Shown: one piece after another, positions 1 through 11,526 of the stretch
Layout: each line of letters begins with the position of its first letter
Position numbering within the stretch: the first letter of the stretch is position 1
Source: Pseudomonas aeruginosa
GTDB lineage: Bacteria > Pseudomonadota > Gammaproteobacteria > Pseudomonadales > Pseudomonadaceae
Assembly: GCF_001457615.1 (NCBI RefSeq)
Contig: NZ_LN831024.1
Span: forward strand, 5,190,001-5,222,000
Length of the DNA stretch: 32,000 nt
Direction of reading: 5' to 3'
Translations under genes and position numbers: made by a program
The notes under the pieces: generated by a model
What the model saw: only the letters and a program-made list of their open reading frames with translations
Databases searched by the model: none
Told to the model about the DNA's origin: nothing

Positions 1-2200
1 GCGCGGGCCTTCTCCCGGTCGATCAACAGGCGCAGTTGCGGCGCTTCGGCCAGTCCTTCCATCATCGCGTAAAGGAATTTCGGGTTGGTCTGGATCTCGC
101 CAAGAAGAGTATCGCGAGCCTGCAGCAGCGCTTCGCGGCCGACCCCGCTACGGTCCATCAGGCGCAATGCGAAGCCGCCGGAGTTACCCAGACCGTTGAT
201 CGGTGGCGGCGACACGGCCATGACCGTGCCATCGTCGGGCAGCGCGAAATGCTCGTTCAGCGCGGCGATCTCGGCGGCGGCCGACTGCTCGGCGCCTCGC
301 TCGGACCAGTCCTTGAAGGTCGGGAAGGCCAGCGCGGCATTGTCGCCCTGGCCGGAGAAGCTGAAGCCCGAGATCAGGAACACCGAAGCCACCGCCTCGC
401 GGGACTTGAGGAAGCGCTCGAGCTCCTCGCCGGTGGCATCGGTGCGCACGCGCGAAGCGCCAGGCGGCAGTTGCACGTCGACCACCATGTAGCCGAGGTC
501 TTCCGCCGGCACGAAGGCTTCCGGCAGGCGCAGGTAGAAGTAGCCGAGCATGGCCACCAGGCCGGCGTACACCAGCATGAAGCGTCCGGCGCGCGCCACC
601 AGCTTCGAGTTGAGCAGCGAATAGCGCTCGGTGACGCGGGCGAAGCCACGGTTGAAGGCGCCGAAGAAGCCGCGCTTCTCGTGGTGCCCTTCGGGAATGG
701 GCTTGAGCAGCGTGGCGCACAGCGCCGGGGTGAAGGTCAGGGCGAGGAAGCCGGAGAACAGGATCGAGACCGCCAGCGACACCGAGAACTGCTGGTAGAT
801 CACCCCCACCGAACCGGCCATGAAAGCCAGCGGCAGGAACACCGCCGAGAGCACCAGGGTGATGCCGACGATGGCGCCGGACACCTGCTTCATCGCCTTG
901 ACCGTGGCCTCGGCCGGGGAAATCCCCTCCTCCGCCATGATCCGCTCGACGTTCTCCACCACCACGATGGCGTCGTCCACCAGGATGCCGATCGCCAGGA
1001 CCATGCCGAACATGGTCATCATGTTCACCGAGAACCCCAGCAGGTACATCACCATCAGCGTACCCAGCAGGCACACCGGCACCACGATGGACGGGATCAG
1101 GGTGTAGCGGACGTTCTGCAGGAACAGGAACATCACCAGGAACACCAGGACCATCGCTTCGATCAGGGTGTGGATCACCTTCTCGATGGCCACGTCGACG
1201 AAGCGCGAGGTGTCGTAGGGCACGCTGTACTGCATGTCCTCGGGGAAGAACGCCGACAGTTCGGCGAGACGCTGTTTCACCAGGGTAGCGGTCTGGATCG
1301 CGTTGGCCCGGGCGACAGCTGGATCGCCCCGCCCACGGTAGGCGTGCCGTTCAGTCGCGAGGAAATGTTGTAGCTCTCCTTGCCGAGTTCCAGGCGCGCG
1401 ACATCGGCGAGCCGGACCAGCGAGCCGTCCTGGTTGGCGCGCAGCACTACCTGGCCGAACTCCTGCGGATCGTCCAGGGTGCCCTTCACCGCCAGGGTCG
1501 CCGTCAGCTCCTGCGCGGAACTGCCCGGTGCGCTGCCGAAGGCGCCGGCCGGCACCTGCACGTTCTGCCCGCGGATGGCATTGCTCACGTCGTCGATGGA
1601 GAGGCCGAAGCCCACCAGCTTCTGCGGATCGATCCAGACCCGCATGGCCGCCTCGGAAGAGAAGAATTGCAGCTTGCCGACGCCCGGCAGGCGCCGCAGC
1701 TCGTTGTTGATATTGCGCGCGGCGTAGTCGCCGAGGGCGGTGGTGTCGCTGCGCTGAGCGCCTTCCTTGTAGCTGAGCGCATAGATCAGCAGGAAACCGG
1801 CGCTGGTCTGCTCGACCTGCAGGCCCTGGGTCAGCACCGCCTGCGGCATGCGCGCCTCGGCTTTCTTCAGGCGGTTCTGCACGTCCACCTGGGCCAGGTC
1901 CGGATCGGTGCCCGGCTCGAAGGTGACGACGATCTCGGCGGTGCCGTTGGAGTTGTTGGTCGACTCGAAGTAGAGCAGGCCCTTGGCGCCGTTCAGCGAC
2001 TCCTCGAGCACACTGGTGACGGAGTCCACCAGCACCTTCGCCGAGGCGCCGGGATAGGTGGCGGTGATGGTGATCTGTGGCGGCGCGACATTGGGGTACT
2101 GCGCTACCGGCAATTTGGAAATGACCAGCAGGCCGGCCAGGGAGATGAACAGGGCCACCACCCAGGCGAAGTTCGGCCGCTTGATGAAGAATTCGGACAT
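1..2200 (-). pseudogene. mexD: RND efflux transporter MexD, frameshifted and truncated by the window edge
   Basis: Minus-strand ORF from 2200 begins MSEFFIKRPNFAWVVALFISLAGLLVISKLPVAQYPNVAPP, typical of HAE1-type RND pumps. It runs to GGAIQLSPG, then leaves frame (PTRSRPLPW*) and stops at 1277. After adding one base near 1307/1308, translation continues ANAIQTATLVKQRLAELSAFFPEDMQYSVPYDTSRFVDVAIEKVIHTLIEAMVLVFLVMFLFLQNVRYTLIPSIVVPVCLLGTLMVMYLLGFSVNMMTMFGMVLAIGILVDDAIVVVENVERIMAEEGISPAEA... and stays open to position 1. Adjacent mexC and nfxB support the assignment. Confidence 0.93.
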
Positions 2201-2227
2201 CGGAAAATCCTCGGGGCGAACCCGCCC

Positions 2228-3391
2228 TTACTGTTGCGGCGCAGGTGACTGGGCTTGCGCCTGGGCACCATCCGGCTTCGGCACGATCTTCACCCCCGGC
2301 TGCACCGCAGCCAGGCCGCCGACTATGACCCGGTCACCCGGCTCCAGGCCCTCGGTGATCTGCCAGCGCGAACCCTGCATGACGCCGGTACCGACGCTGC
2401 GCGCCTCGGCGCGCTCGTCGGCGCCCACCACCATCACCTGGGCGCTGCCGTCGCTGGAGCGGCGCACGGCCCGTTGCGGCACCAGGATCGCCTGGTTGTC
2501 GATGCCCTGGGGCGTACGTACGCGCACGTACATGCCCGGCAGCAGGACCCCGTCGGGGTTGGCGAACTTGCCGCGCAGGGCGATCTGGCCGGTGCCGCGA
2601 TCCACCGCCACGTCGGCGAACTGCAACGCGCCCTGGCGCTCGTAGGGCGTCCCTTCGACGCGCAGGGTCAGCGCCTGGCTGTCGCCGGCGGCCAAGGTGC
2701 CGTTCTTCAGGGCGTCGCGCAGGCGCAGGGCCTCGGCCGCGGTCTGGGTGAAATCCGCATAGATCGGATCGAGCTGCTGGATGCGCGCCATCAGCGTCGC
2801 CTCGCCCTGCCCGACCAGCGCGCCCTCGGTCACCAGCGCGCGGCCGATGCGCCCGGAGATCGGCGCAGTGACCGAGGCGTAGCCGAGGTTCAGGCGCGCG
2901 GTCTCCAGGTCGGCCTGGGCCGAGCGGGTCGCCGCCTCGGCGCTGCGCAGGTCGGCGGTGGCGGTATCGAAGTCCTGCTGGCTGACCGCCTGGATCTTCA
3001 CCAGCGGCTCGTAGCGACGCACCCGCGCCTGCGCCTCGAACAGCACCGCGCGGTTCCGCGCCAGCTCACCCTCGGCGCGCGACACCGCAGCCTTCAGCGG
3101 TGCCGGATCGATCTGGAACAGCAGGTCGCCAGCCTTGACGTCGGCGCCCTCCTCGAAGCGCTTCCGCACGACGATGCCGGCCACCCGCGCGCGCACCTCG
3201 GCGACACGCACCGGTTCGATCCGCCCAGGCAGTTCCGAACTCAGCGCCAGGGGCTCGGCCTGCACCGTCAGGACCTCCACCGGCAACACCATTTCGGCGG
3301 CCTCCTGTCGCTCTTCCGCCGGCCCACAACCCGCCAACGCGATGGCCATAGCCAACGCCCCGATCCTTCCTATTGCACGCAAATCAGCCAT
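2228..3391 (-). CDS. mexC: RND efflux periplasmic adaptor (membrane fusion) protein MexC
   Basis: 387-aa ORF, MADLRAIGRIGALAMAIALAGCGPAEE (lipoprotein signal with lipobox-like LAGC), adaptor domains (VRAGIVVRKRFEEGADVKAGDLLFQIDPAPLKA), 27 bp upstream of mexD and divergent from nfxB. Confidence 0.96.
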   Translation of the reverse strand: MADLRAIGRIGALAMAIALAGCGPAEERQEAAEMVLPVEVLTVQAEPLALSSELPGRIEPVRVAEVRARVAGIVVRKRFEEGADVKAGDLLFQIDPAPLKAAVSRAEGELARNRAVLFEAQARVRRYEPLVKIQAVSQQDFDTATADLRSAEAATRSAQADLETARLNLGYASVTAPISGRIGRALVTEGALVGQGEATLMARIQQLDPIYADFTQTAAEALRLRDALKNGTLAAGDSQALTLRVEGTPYERQGALQFADVAVDRGTGQIALRGKFANPDGVLLPGMYVRVRTPQGIDNQAILVPQRAVRRSSDGSAQVMVVGADERAEARSVGTGVMQGSRWQITEGLEPGDRVIVGGLAAVQPGVKIVPKPDGAQAQAQSPAPQQ

Positions 3392-3423
3392 GACACACCC
3401 GACCGTTGATTGAAAACGGATCG

Positions 3424-3465
3424 AATGGTACTTTTTCGAGCTAATTGAGTCAATATTGTCTCAAA
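3424..3465 (-). promoter_or_regulatory. Predicted mexC promoter (-35 TTGACT, 17-bp spacer, -10 TACCAT) overlapped by the candidate NfxB operator
   Basis: Minus strand reads TTGACT (3453..3448), N17, TACCAT (3430..3425). The 20-bp palindrome TTGAG-T-CAATATTG-T-CTCAA at 3445-3464 covers the -35. Confidence 0.6.
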
Positions 3466-3551
3466 TGATCTTTTGACAGCTAATTCCTTTGGACGCGAGG
3501 CCAGTTTTCTGCACAATGCGCACAATCAGAAAAACCAACCGGGACCCATCG

Positions 3552-4115
3552 ATGACCCTGATTTCCCATGACGAGCGACTCATCAAGGCGCTGGCAGTCG
3601 CTATCGTCGACCGCCCGCGAGCGACGCTGAAGGAACTGGCCGAGGCGGCCGGCGTAAGCAAGGCCACCCTGCACCGCTTCTGCGGCACGCGGGACAACCT
3701 GGTGCAGATGCTCGAGGACCACGGAGAGACCGTACTGAACCAGATCATCCAGGCCTGCGACCTGGAGCATGCCGAGCCTCTGGAGGCGTTGCAGCGCCTG
3801 ATCAAGGAACACCTCACCCACCGCGAGCTGCTGGTATTCCTGGTATTCCAGTACCGCCCGGACTTCCTCGACCCGCACGGTGAAGGCGCACGCTGGCAGT
3901 CCTACCTGGAAGCGCTGGACGCCTTCTTCCTGCGCGGACAGCAGAAAGGCGTGTTTCGCATCGACATCACGGCGGCCGTGTTCACCGAACTGTTCATCAC
4001 CCTGGTCTACGGCATGGTCGATGCGGAACGTCGCGGACGGGCGGCCAGCTCCAATTCCGCGCATACCCTGGAGCAGATGTTCCTCCATGGCGCCTCCAAT
4101 CCGGCGCGCTCCTGA
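3552..4115 (+). CDS. nfxB: Transcriptional repressor NfxB of mexCD-oprJ
   Basis: 187 aa starting MTLISHDERLIKALAVAIVDRPRATLKELAEAAGVSKATLHRFCGTRDNLVQML (N-terminal HTH), divergent from mexC. The ATG at 3552 is preferred over the 3489 start in the ORF track. Confidence 0.96.
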   Translation: MTLISHDERLIKALAVAIVDRPRATLKELAEAAGVSKATLHRFCGTRDNLVQMLEDHGETVLNQIIQACDLEHAEPLEALQRLIKEHLTHRELLVFLVFQYRPDFLDPHGEGARWQSYLEALDAFFLRGQQKGVFRIDITAAVFTELFITLVYGMVDAERRGRAASSNSAHTLEQMFLHGASNPARS

Positions 4116-4358
4116 CCCTCGCGCCCGCGGCGGCGCCCCTCTCGTCGCCGCATGGCACGGACCGATCCGCGTGCCGTCGACTTCGGCCGCCCGGAGGCCT
4201 GCTCGACACTCGGGAAGATCAGTCGTCACCGGTCCTGCGACAAAGTGCCTCGACAGCCGGAAAGGACCGTGACGCTCGTCGGCGATACTGGCACTTGGCC
4301 TTGCTTCCGGGCATCCTAACTGTCTACCGAATCACACCTCCCCCAGGAATTCCGGTCA

Positions 4359-7300
4359 GTGTCGACCCCCTCGCTAACCCCGTCGCCGCCTCCCGCCGGC
4401 GACCCACTGACCGTACCCGACCGACCGGCAGCCAAGGCTGGCCTGCTGTTGCTGGTCCTGTTGATGCTCGGCCTGCTGCTCTGGCAGATGAGCCAGGAGC
4501 TGCGCCAGCAGGAACGCTTCGAACACGAGCGAGCCGCGGCCCAGCTCGATCGTCTCAACGACCGCCTGTCCCTGACCCTCGAACTCAAGGCGCGCACCGC
4601 CCTCGCCCTGCTCCCGGGCGTGCCCCCCAGCGAGCGTGGCGAGATACAGGGCAGGCTGTTGCCGCGCATCAGCGATGCGCTGCCGCAGGTGCGCCAGTTG
4701 CAATGGGTGGACAGCGCCCTGCAGACGGACAGCCCGTCGCCGGAAACGACGCTGCCCGAGCAGTTGCGCCAGCACGCCGGCTCCGGCCTATACCACTATT
4801 GCCTCGACCCGCGCGACGGCGAATCCCTCTACCTGACCCTGCGCGAACCCGGCAGCCGCCGCGACAGTGGCTTCTGGCTGTTGCACCTGGCCAGCGACAG
4901 CCTCGCCCAGTGGAGTCCCGACCTGCCCACCGGCAACCTGCTCTGGCGCCTGGAAGACCAATACGCCGGGCGGGTGCTCTGGCATACCCCGGGGAGCACG
5001 GCGCTGCTCGACGACATGCAGACCCTCGGCGTGGAACCGCTGCGCAACAGCGACTGGCAGCTTCGCGGGCTCTACGACAGCACGCGAGTGCGGCTCGGCC
5101 TGCTGCCGGGAATCGGCGGCGAGCTGGCGATCTTCCTCCTGCTGGTCGGCGTCACCGTGTACATGCTGCTGCGCCTGCACCGCGAGCAACAGGGCCTGCG
5201 CGCCATGACCCTGGCCTCGCAGCGCAGCCTGCGCCAGGCGGCCACGGCACTGGCGGCGATCGACGAGCGGGTGCTGGTGACCCGCGCCGACGGCCGCCTC
5301 AGCTACCTCAATCCCCAGGCCGAACGCCTCTTCGGCATCAGTTCGGCCCAGGCCCGCCAGCATCATCTGCTGGGCCTGCTGCCGGACCTCGAGCCAGGCT
5401 GGCTGACGGACGCCGGTGGCGACGGCGAGACCCGTAGCGAGCTGCTGCCGCTGCGGGTGCGCGGCGAGCCGCGGACGTTCACCCTCAGCCGCCATCCGCT
5501 GGCCAGCTATCCGGCGCTCGCCGACCAGGCCTGGACCCTCCGCGAGCAGATCCTCCAGGGCGGGCAGGTCTGGGTGTTGCGCGACGTCACCGAGGAACAG
5601 CACGCCCTCGGCGTCCTGGAGGAAACCCGGCGGCGCTACCAGGACATCTTCGAAGGGGTCGGCGTGGCCCTCTGCGTGCTCGACCTCTCCGCCCTGCGCC
5701 AGGCTCTGGTGGAGCAAGGCCTGGACAGCTGCGCCGCACTGCGCGCCTGGCTCGCCGGCGAACCCGGGCGGCAGCAGGCGCTGCTGGAGCGGATCCGCAT
5801 CACCGAGATCAACGATGTCAGTCGCCGCCTGCTACAGATCGATTCCACCGAACAGGCCTGGCAGCGCTTGCTCGACCACGGCCCGCTACAACCGGACAGC
5901 CTGCGCCTGCAGGTGATCGAGGCGCTCATCGAGCGCCGGCCGGTACTCGAACTTGAAGCCACGCTGCGCTGCGGCAAGAGCACGCCGCGGCACCTGTGGT
6001 TGCAACTGCGCCTGCCGGAAAACCCCGGCGAATGGCATGCGGTGACCCTCAGCCTGTCCGACGTCACCAGTCGCAAGGAAGTCGAACTGTCGCTGATCGA
6101 GCGCGAGAAGTTCTGGTCGGACGCGGTCCAGGCGGTGCCCGATACCCTCTACATCCACGACCTGCACGCGCGCCGGGTGATCTTCAGCAACCATCACCTG
6201 GGCCAGCAGTTGGGCTACAACCAGGAAGAACTGGCGCGGATGGGCGAGAACTTCTGGGAAACCCTGCTGCACCCCGACGACCAGGAATACTACTGGCGCA
6301 TCCGCAACCTGCAGCACGTGGTCGGCGACGGCCTGCTGCTCGACAGCCAGTTGCGCTGGCGCCACCGCGACGGCCGCTGGCACTGGTTCGACATCCGCGA
6401 GCAGGCCTTCAGCCGCGACCGCAGCGGTCGCGTGGCGCGCCTGATCGGCGTGGCCAAGGACATCACCTTCACCGTCGAGGCGAACAACGCGCTGCGCGAG
6501 AACGGCCGACGCTACCGCATGCTGGCGGAAAACATCAGCGACGTGATCTTCTCCACCGACGCCGAACTCAACGCCAGCTACGTCAGCCCCTCGGTACAGC
6601 ACGTGTTCGGCTACAGCCCGGAATGGGCGCTGCTCAACGGCCTCCATCAGACCGCCACCAACCCGCGCCAGCTCGGCCGCCTGAACGGCCTGCTGCGCCG
6701 CGTGCGGCACGCCATCGGCGACCGCCAGAAGCTCGCCGAGCTGCGGGAAAACCCTGGCCAGCATCTGTTCGCCCTCGACTGCCTGCGCGCCGACGGACGG
6801 AAGATTCCCATCGAACTGCGGATCGTGCTGATGTGGGACGAGCACGACCGCTTCGAAGGCCTGCTCGGCATCGCCCGCGACATCAGCCAGCAGCGCCGCG
6901 CCGAACGCGAGCTGCGGATGGCGGCGACGGTATTCGAACACTCCACGGCGGCGATCATGGTCACCGACCCGGCCGGCTACATCGTCCAGGTCAACGATTC
7001 CTTCTCGCGCCTGACCGGCTACAGCCCGGCCGACGTGCTCGACCAGCAGCCGCGCCTGCTCACCGCCGACCGCCAGGAAGCCAACCAGCTCAAGCACGTG
7101 CTCGCCAGCCTGCAGCACAGCGGCAGCTGGGAAGGCGAGATCCTGCAGAAGCGCAAGACCGGCGAACTCTATCCGTCCTGGGTCGGCATCACCGCGGTGC
7201 GTGACGAGGAAGGCGACCTGGTCAGCTTCGTCTGCTTCTTCAGCGACATCAGCGAGCGCAAGGCCAGCGAGCGGCGCATCCACCGCCTGGCCTACTACGA

Positions 7301-8606
7301 CGCCCTCACCCACCTGCCCAACCGCACGCTGTTCCAGGACCGTCTGCATACCGCCCTGCAGCAGGCCGAGCGCAACGGCCAGTGGGTGGTGCTGATGTTC
7401 CTCGACCTCGACCGCTTCAAGCCGATCAACGACTCCCTCGGCCACGCCGCCGGCGACCGCATGCTGCAGGAAGTGGCGACCCGCCTGAGCGCCTGCGTCA
7501 GCCAGGACGATACCGTGGCGCGCATGGGCGGCGACGAATTCACCCTGCTGCTGCCTTCCCAGGGCGACCGCGAGATCGCCCTGAAACGGGCGATCCAGGT
7601 CGCCGAGCTGATCCTCGGCCGTCTGGCCCGGCCGTTCACCCTGGAAGGCCGTGAATTCTTCGTCACCGCCAGCATCGGCGTGGCCTTGTCGCCCCAGGAC
7701 GGCGCCGAACTGAGCCTGCTGATGAAGAACGCCGACACGGCGATGTACCACGCCAAGGAGATGGGCAAGAACAACTTCCAGTTCTACCAGGCCGAGATGA
7801 ACGCTCGCGCCCTGGAGCGCCTGGAACTGGAAAGCGACCTGCGCCGCGCCCTTGAACTGGGCGAGTTCGTCCTCCACTACCAGCCGCAGTTCACCGGCGA
7901 CGGCCGCCGCCTGACCGGCGCCGAGGCCCTGCTGCGCTGGCAGCATCCGCGCCGCGGACTGGTTCCGCCGAGCGAGTTCATTCCGGTGCTGGAGGAGATC
8001 GGCCTGGTGGCCCAGGTCGGCGACTGGCTGCTGGCGGAAGCCTGCAAGCAGTTGCGCAGCTGGCACAAGGCCAAGGTGCGGGTGCCAAAGGTCTCGGTGA
8101 ACCTCTCGGCACGGCAGTTCGCCGATGGCCAGTTGGGCGAGCGGATCGCCGCGATCCTCTACGAGACAGGCATCCCGCCGGCATGCCTGGAGCTGGAACT
8201 GACCGAAAGCATCCTGATGAGCGACGTCGCCGAGGCCATGCAGATCCTCTCCGGGCTCAAGCGCCTCGGCCTGGCCATCGCGGTGGACGACTTCGGCACC
8301 GGCTACTCCTCGCTGAACTACCTCAAGCAGTTCCCCATCGACGTGCTGAAGATCGACCGCAGCTTCGTCGACGGCCTGCCCCACGGCGAACAGGACGCAC
8401 AGATCGCCCGGGCGATCATTGCCATGGCCCACAGCCTGAACCTGATGGTGATCGCCGAGGGCGTGGAGAGCCAGGCCCAGCTGGACTTCCTTCGCGAGCA
8501 CGGCTGCGACGAGGTGCAAGGCTACCTGTTCGGCCGGCCGATGCCCGCCGAGCAGTTCGGCATGCTCTACGCCAGCGACGTGCTGTTCATGTTCAACGAG
8601 GGCTGA
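4359..8606 (+). CDS. morA: MorA: membrane-anchored PAS-GGDEF-EAL c-di-GMP regulator
   Basis: 1415-aa ORF with GTG start. N-terminal TM segment ([16 protein letters not shown]), second TM ([19 protein letters not shown]), several PAS/PAC modules, diguanylate cyclase motif GGDEF ([11 protein letters not shown]) and EAL motif (GAEALLRW) with downstream ELTES and [10 protein letters not shown]. Confidence 0.95.
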   Translation: MSTPSLTPSPPPAGDPLTVPDRPAAKAGLLLLVLLMLGLLLWQMSQELRQQERFEHERAAAQLDRLNDRLSLTLELKARTALALLPGVPPSERGEIQGRLLPRISDALPQVRQLQWVDSALQTDSPSPETTLPEQLRQHAGSGLYHYCLDPRDGESLYLTLREPGSRRDSGFWLLHLASDSLAQWSPDLPTGNLLWRLEDQYAGRVLWHTPGSTALLDDMQTLGVEPLRNSDWQLRGLYDSTRVRLGLLPGIGGELAIFLLLVGVTVYMLLRLHREQQGLRAMTLASQRSLRQAATALAAIDERVLVTRADGRLSYLNPQAERLFGISSAQARQHHLLGLLPDLEPGWLTDAGGDGETRSELLPLRVRGEPRTFTLSRHPLASYPALADQAWTLREQILQGGQVWVLRDVTEEQHALGVLEETRRRYQDIFEGVGVALCVLDLSALRQALVEQGLDSCAALRAWLAGEPGRQQALLERIRITEINDVSRRLLQIDSTEQAWQRLLDHGPLQPDSLRLQVIEALIERRPVLELEATLRCGKSTPRHLWLQLRLPENPGEWHAVTLSLSDVTSRKEVELSLIEREKFWSDAVQAVPDTLYIHDLHARRVIFSNHHLGQQLGYNQEELARMGENFWETLLHPDDQEYYWRIRNLQHVVGDGLLLDSQLRWRHRDGRWHWFDIREQAFSRDRSGRVARLIGVAKDITFTVEANNALRENGRRYRMLAENISDVIFSTDAELNASYVSPSVQHVFGYSPEWALLNGLHQTATNPRQLGRLNGLLRRVRHAIGDRQKLAELRENPGQHLFALDCLRADGRKIPIELRIVLMWDEHDRFEGLLGIARDISQQRRAERELRMAATVFEHSTAAIMVTDPAGYIVQVNDSFSRLTGYSPADVLDQQPRLLTADRQEANQLKHVLASLQHSGSWEGEILQKRKTGELYPSWVGITAVRDEEGDLVSFVCFFSDISERKASERRIHRLAYYDALTHLPNRTLFQDRLHTALQQAERNGQWVVLMFLDLDRFKPINDSLGHAAGDRMLQEVATRLSACVSQDDTVARMGGDEFTLLLPSQGDREIALKRAIQVAELILGRLARPFTLEGREFFVTASIGVALSPQDGAELSLLMKNADTAMYHAKEMGKNNFQFYQAEMNARALERLELESDLRRALELGEFVLHYQPQFTGDGRRLTGAEALLRWQHPRRGLVPPSEFIPVLEEIGLVAQVGDWLLAEACKQLRSWHKAKVRVPKVSVNLSARQFADGQLGERIAAILYETGIPPACLELELTESILMSDVAEAMQILSGLKRLGLAIAVDDFGTGYSSLNYLKQFPIDVLKIDRSFVDGLPHGEQDAQIARAIIAMAHSLNLMVIAEGVESQAQLDFLREHGCDEVQGYLFGRPMPAEQFGMLYASDVLFMFNEG

Positions 8607-8728
8607 GCCGCCGTGCGGCGCGCTTGAGCGCCGCTTGTCCGCGACATGATGGCCTTTCATGTGCCAGCACCCGCCGCATGGGTTAGAATGCGCGCCTTTT
8701 CCCAGCACCGATCCTTATGAGGACCGCC

Positions 8729-9982
8729 ATGTTCAGCCGTGATTTGACCCTCGCCCGCTACGATGCCGAACTCTTTGCCGCGATGGAGCAGGAAGCCCAG
8801 CGCCAGGAAGAGCACATCGAGCTGATCGCCTCCGAGAACTACACCAGCCCGGCGGTGATGGAAGCCCAGGGTTCGGTGCTGACCAACAAGTACGCCGAAG
8901 GTTATCCGCACAAGCGCTACTACGGCGGCTGCGAGTACGTCGATATCGTCGAGCAACTGGCCATCGACCGCGCCAAGCAACTGTTCGGCGCCGATTACGC
9001 CAACGTCCAGCCGCACGCCGGCTCCCAGGCCAACGCCGCGGTCTACCTGGCCCTGCTGTCGGCCGGCGACACCATCCTCGGCATGAGCCTGGCCCATGGC
9101 GGCCACCTGACCCACGGCGCCAGCGTCTCCTCCTCCGGCAAGCTGTACAACGCCGTGCAGTACGGCATCGACGCCAATGGCCTGATCGACTACGACGAAG
9201 TCGAGCGCCTGGCCGTGGAGCACAAGCCGAAGATGATCGTCGCCGGCTTCTCCGCCTATTCCCAGGTCCTCGATTTCGCCCGCTTCCGCGCCATCGCCGA
9301 CAAGGTCGGCGCCTACCTGTTCGTCGACATGGCCCACGTCGCCGGCCTGGTCGCCGCTGGCGTCTACCCGAACCCGGTGCCGTTCGCCGACGTGGTCACC
9401 ACCACCACCCACAAGACCCTGCGCGGTCCGCGCGGTGGCCTGATCCTGGCGCGCGCCAACGAGGAGATCGAGAAGAAGCTCAACTCCGCGGTATTCCCCG
9501 GCGCCCAGGGCGGTCCGCTGGAGCACGTGATCGCGGCCAAGGCGGTGTGCTTCAAGGAAGCCCTGCAGCCGGAGTTCAAGACCTACCAGCAGCAGGTCCT
9601 GAAGAACGCCCAGAGCATGGCCCAGGTCTTCCTCGACCGCGGTTTCGACGTGGTTTCCGGCGGCACCCAGAACCACCTGTTCCTGCTCTCCCTGATCAAG
9701 CAGGACATCACCGGCAAAGACGCCGACGCCGCCCTCGGCCGCGCGTTCATCACCGTGAACAAGAACTCGGTCCCGAACGACCCGCGCTCGCCGTTCGTCA
9801 CCTCCGGCCTGCGCATCGGTACCCCGGCCGTGACCACCCGCGGCTTCAAGGAAGCCGAGTGCCGCGAGCTGGCCGGCTGGATCTGCGACATCCTCGAGAA
9901 CATGGGCGACGAGTCCGTGGTCGACGGCGTACGCGAGAAGGTCAAGGCGATCTGCGCCAAGTTCCCGGTCTACGGCAACTAA
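8729..9982 (+). CDS. glyA: Serine hydroxymethyltransferase
   Basis: 417 aa from [46 protein letters not shown]-lysine region [16 protein letters not shown]. An alternative in-frame start is at 8717. Confidence 0.97.
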   Translation: MFSRDLTLARYDAELFAAMEQEAQRQEEHIELIASENYTSPAVMEAQGSVLTNKYAEGYPHKRYYGGCEYVDIVEQLAIDRAKQLFGADYANVQPHAGSQANAAVYLALLSAGDTILGMSLAHGGHLTHGASVSSSGKLYNAVQYGIDANGLIDYDEVERLAVEHKPKMIVAGFSAYSQVLDFARFRAIADKVGAYLFVDMAHVAGLVAAGVYPNPVPFADVVTTTTHKTLRGPRGGLILARANEEIEKKLNSAVFPGAQGGPLEHVIAAKAVCFKEALQPEFKTYQQQVLKNAQSMAQVFLDRGFDVVSGGTQNHLFLLSLIKQDITGKDADAALGRAFITVNKNSVPNDPRSPFVTSGLRIGTPAVTTRGFKEAECRELAGWICDILENMGDESVVDGVREKVKAICAKFPVYGN

Positions 9983-10002
9983 GCGACAAGGCAAGACGAA
10001 AG

Positions 10003-10026
10003 AGCCCGGCAAATGCCGGGCTTTTT
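10003..10026. terminator. Rho-independent terminator between convergent glyA and the 10060-10440 ORF
   Basis: AGCCCGGC-aaat-GCCGGGCT followed by TTTT. Confidence 0.85.
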
Positions 10027-10059
10027 CATTTCCTCCGAGGGAGGAGGCGCCGGGTAGCG

Positions 10060-10440
10060 TTATCGCCGGTCCTCGACATGGATCACCGCCAAGGCCTCGG
10101 CATCCTCGCCCCGCCGGGAGCGGCCGTGCATGCCGACGAGCAGCTCGCCGGCGTCCTCCTCCAGTTCCTCGCGAGGGACGAAGGTAAGGATGTCCGGGTG
10201 ATGCCCGGTCACCACCCAGCCGCGGCCGTTGTCCAGGGTGATCACACCGAAGTCGCCCGCCGGCGTGCCGACCTGTACCGCTCCCCACTCGGCCAGCAAT
10301 GCCCGCGCCTGGGCCGCGAGGTCCGGCTCCGGCTGCGTGAGGATCACGCAAGTGCCCTGGGCGAACAGCACCCAGGATTTGTCCGCGCCACGGATGCAGT
10401 CCCGCCAGGCGCCGATCAATGCGTTCCTGTCCATTTCCAC
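10060..10440 (-). CDS. Conserved hypothetical protein (about 126 aa)
   Basis: ORF MEMDRNALIGAWRDCIRGADKSWVLFAQGTCVILTQPEPDLAAQARALLAEWG..., just downstream of the CobW-like gene on the same strand. Confidence 0.8.
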   Translation of the reverse strand: MEMDRNALIGAWRDCIRGADKSWVLFAQGTCVILTQPEPDLAAQARALLAEWGAVQVGTPAGDFGVITLDNGRGWVVTGHHPDILTFVPREELEEDAGELLVGMHGRSRRGEDAEALAVIHVEDRR

Positions 10441-10462
10441 GCTCCTTTGGCGTCGATGCGCC

Positions 10463-11467
10463 TCAGCGGCCTTCGACGATGCGTTCGAAGCCCTCGCGGA
10501 TACTGTCCTCCGGCAGGTTGTCGCCGATGAACACGATCACGCTCTCGCGCGCCTCGTCGTCCCGCCACTCGCTATCCCAGTCGAAGCCGTAGAGTCGCAG
10601 CACGCCCTGGAACACCAGGCGACGCGGCTCGTCGGCGATGTTCAGCACGCCCTTGTAGCGCAGCAGGGAGTTGCCATGCCACTGCAACAGGTCGTCCATG
10701 AACTCGCTCAGCCTTTCGAGATCGAGCGGCGTGTCGCTGCGCAGTACCAGGGTGCCGATGCGATCGCGGCTGTCCTTGGCTGCCACCGCTCGCAGCGGGC
10801 GCAGGCCGATGCCAGGACCGAGGTCGGCGTTGAGGTTGAAGCCACGTACGTCGAGCAGGTGCGCCAGGTCGATGCGGCCGTGCTCGACCACATGCACCAG
10901 CGCCCTCCGGTTGATCCGTTGCAGGCGCTGGCCCAGGGCCTCGAAGGTGGCGGCGTCGACCAGGTCGGTCTTGCTCACCAGGATGCGGTCGGCGAAGCCG
11001 ACCTGGGCCTGGGCGATGGTTTCCTGCAGGTGACGCTCGGCGTTGGCGGCGTCCACCAGGGTGATGATGCCGTCCAGCACGTAGCGCTGGCAGAGTTCCT
11101 CGTCGGCGAAGAAGGTCTGCGCCACCGGCGCCGGATCGGCCAGGCCGGTGCACTCGATCACCAGGCGGTCGAAGTCGATTTCGCCGTTGTCGCGGCGCTC
11201 CAGCAGGAGGAACAGGGCCTTTTCCAGGTCGGTGTTGATCGAGCAGCAGACGCAGCCGTTGGACAGCGTCATCACCTGCACCGGCTCGACGCCGAGCAAC
11301 TGGCCGTCGATCGGCGTCTCGCTGTACTCGTTCTCGATCACCGCGATCTTCATGCCGTGCTCGGCCTGCAGCAGGTACTTGAGCAGGGTGGTCTTGCCGG
11401 CGCCGAGGAAGCCGGTGAGCACGGTGACGGGGATCAGGGCGGGGTTGTCGTTGGCTACTTCGGACAT
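10463..11467 (-). CDS. CobW/YjiA-type G3E GTPase, putative metallochaperone
   Basis: Walker A GFLGAGKTT, CxCC motif SNGCVCCS and ECTGLADPAPVAQTF, as in the COG0523 family. Start assigned at MSEVANDNP. Confidence 0.93.
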   Translation of the reverse strand: MSEVANDNPALIPVTVLTGFLGAGKTTLLKYLLQAEHGMKIAVIENEYSETPIDGQLLGVEPVQVMTLSNGCVCCSINTDLEKALFLLLERRDNGEIDFDRLVIECTGLADPAPVAQTFFADEELCQRYVLDGIITLVDAANAERHLQETIAQAQVGFADRILVSKTDLVDAATFEALGQRLQRINRRALVHVVEHGRIDLAHLLDVRGFNLNADLGPGIGLRPLRAVAAKDSRDRIGTLVLRSDTPLDLERLSEFMDDLLQWHGNSLLRYKGVLNIADEPRRLVFQGVLRLYGFDWDSEWRDDEARESVIVFIGDNLPEDSIREGFERIVEGR

Positions 11468-11526
11468 GCGCAACTTCCAGAAAAGACGCGGGCCACGTCA
11501 GACGTGGCCCACGGAAGGATGGGGAT

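Noticed and set aside
184-1074. 296-aa minus-strand ORF within mexD
   Set aside because: Wrong frame relative to the RND protein. The real post-frameshift frame is open to the edge and reads as authentic MexD.
36-1373. 445-aa plus-strand ORF over mexD
   Set aside because: Antisense to an evident RND coding frame. Composition (H/R/Q/A/G rich) is typical of shadow ORFs in high-GC DNA.
5886-8708. 940-aa minus-strand ORF opposite morA
   Set aside because: Shadow ORF opposite the clear GGDEF/EAL frame, with low-complexity translation and no recognisable domain.
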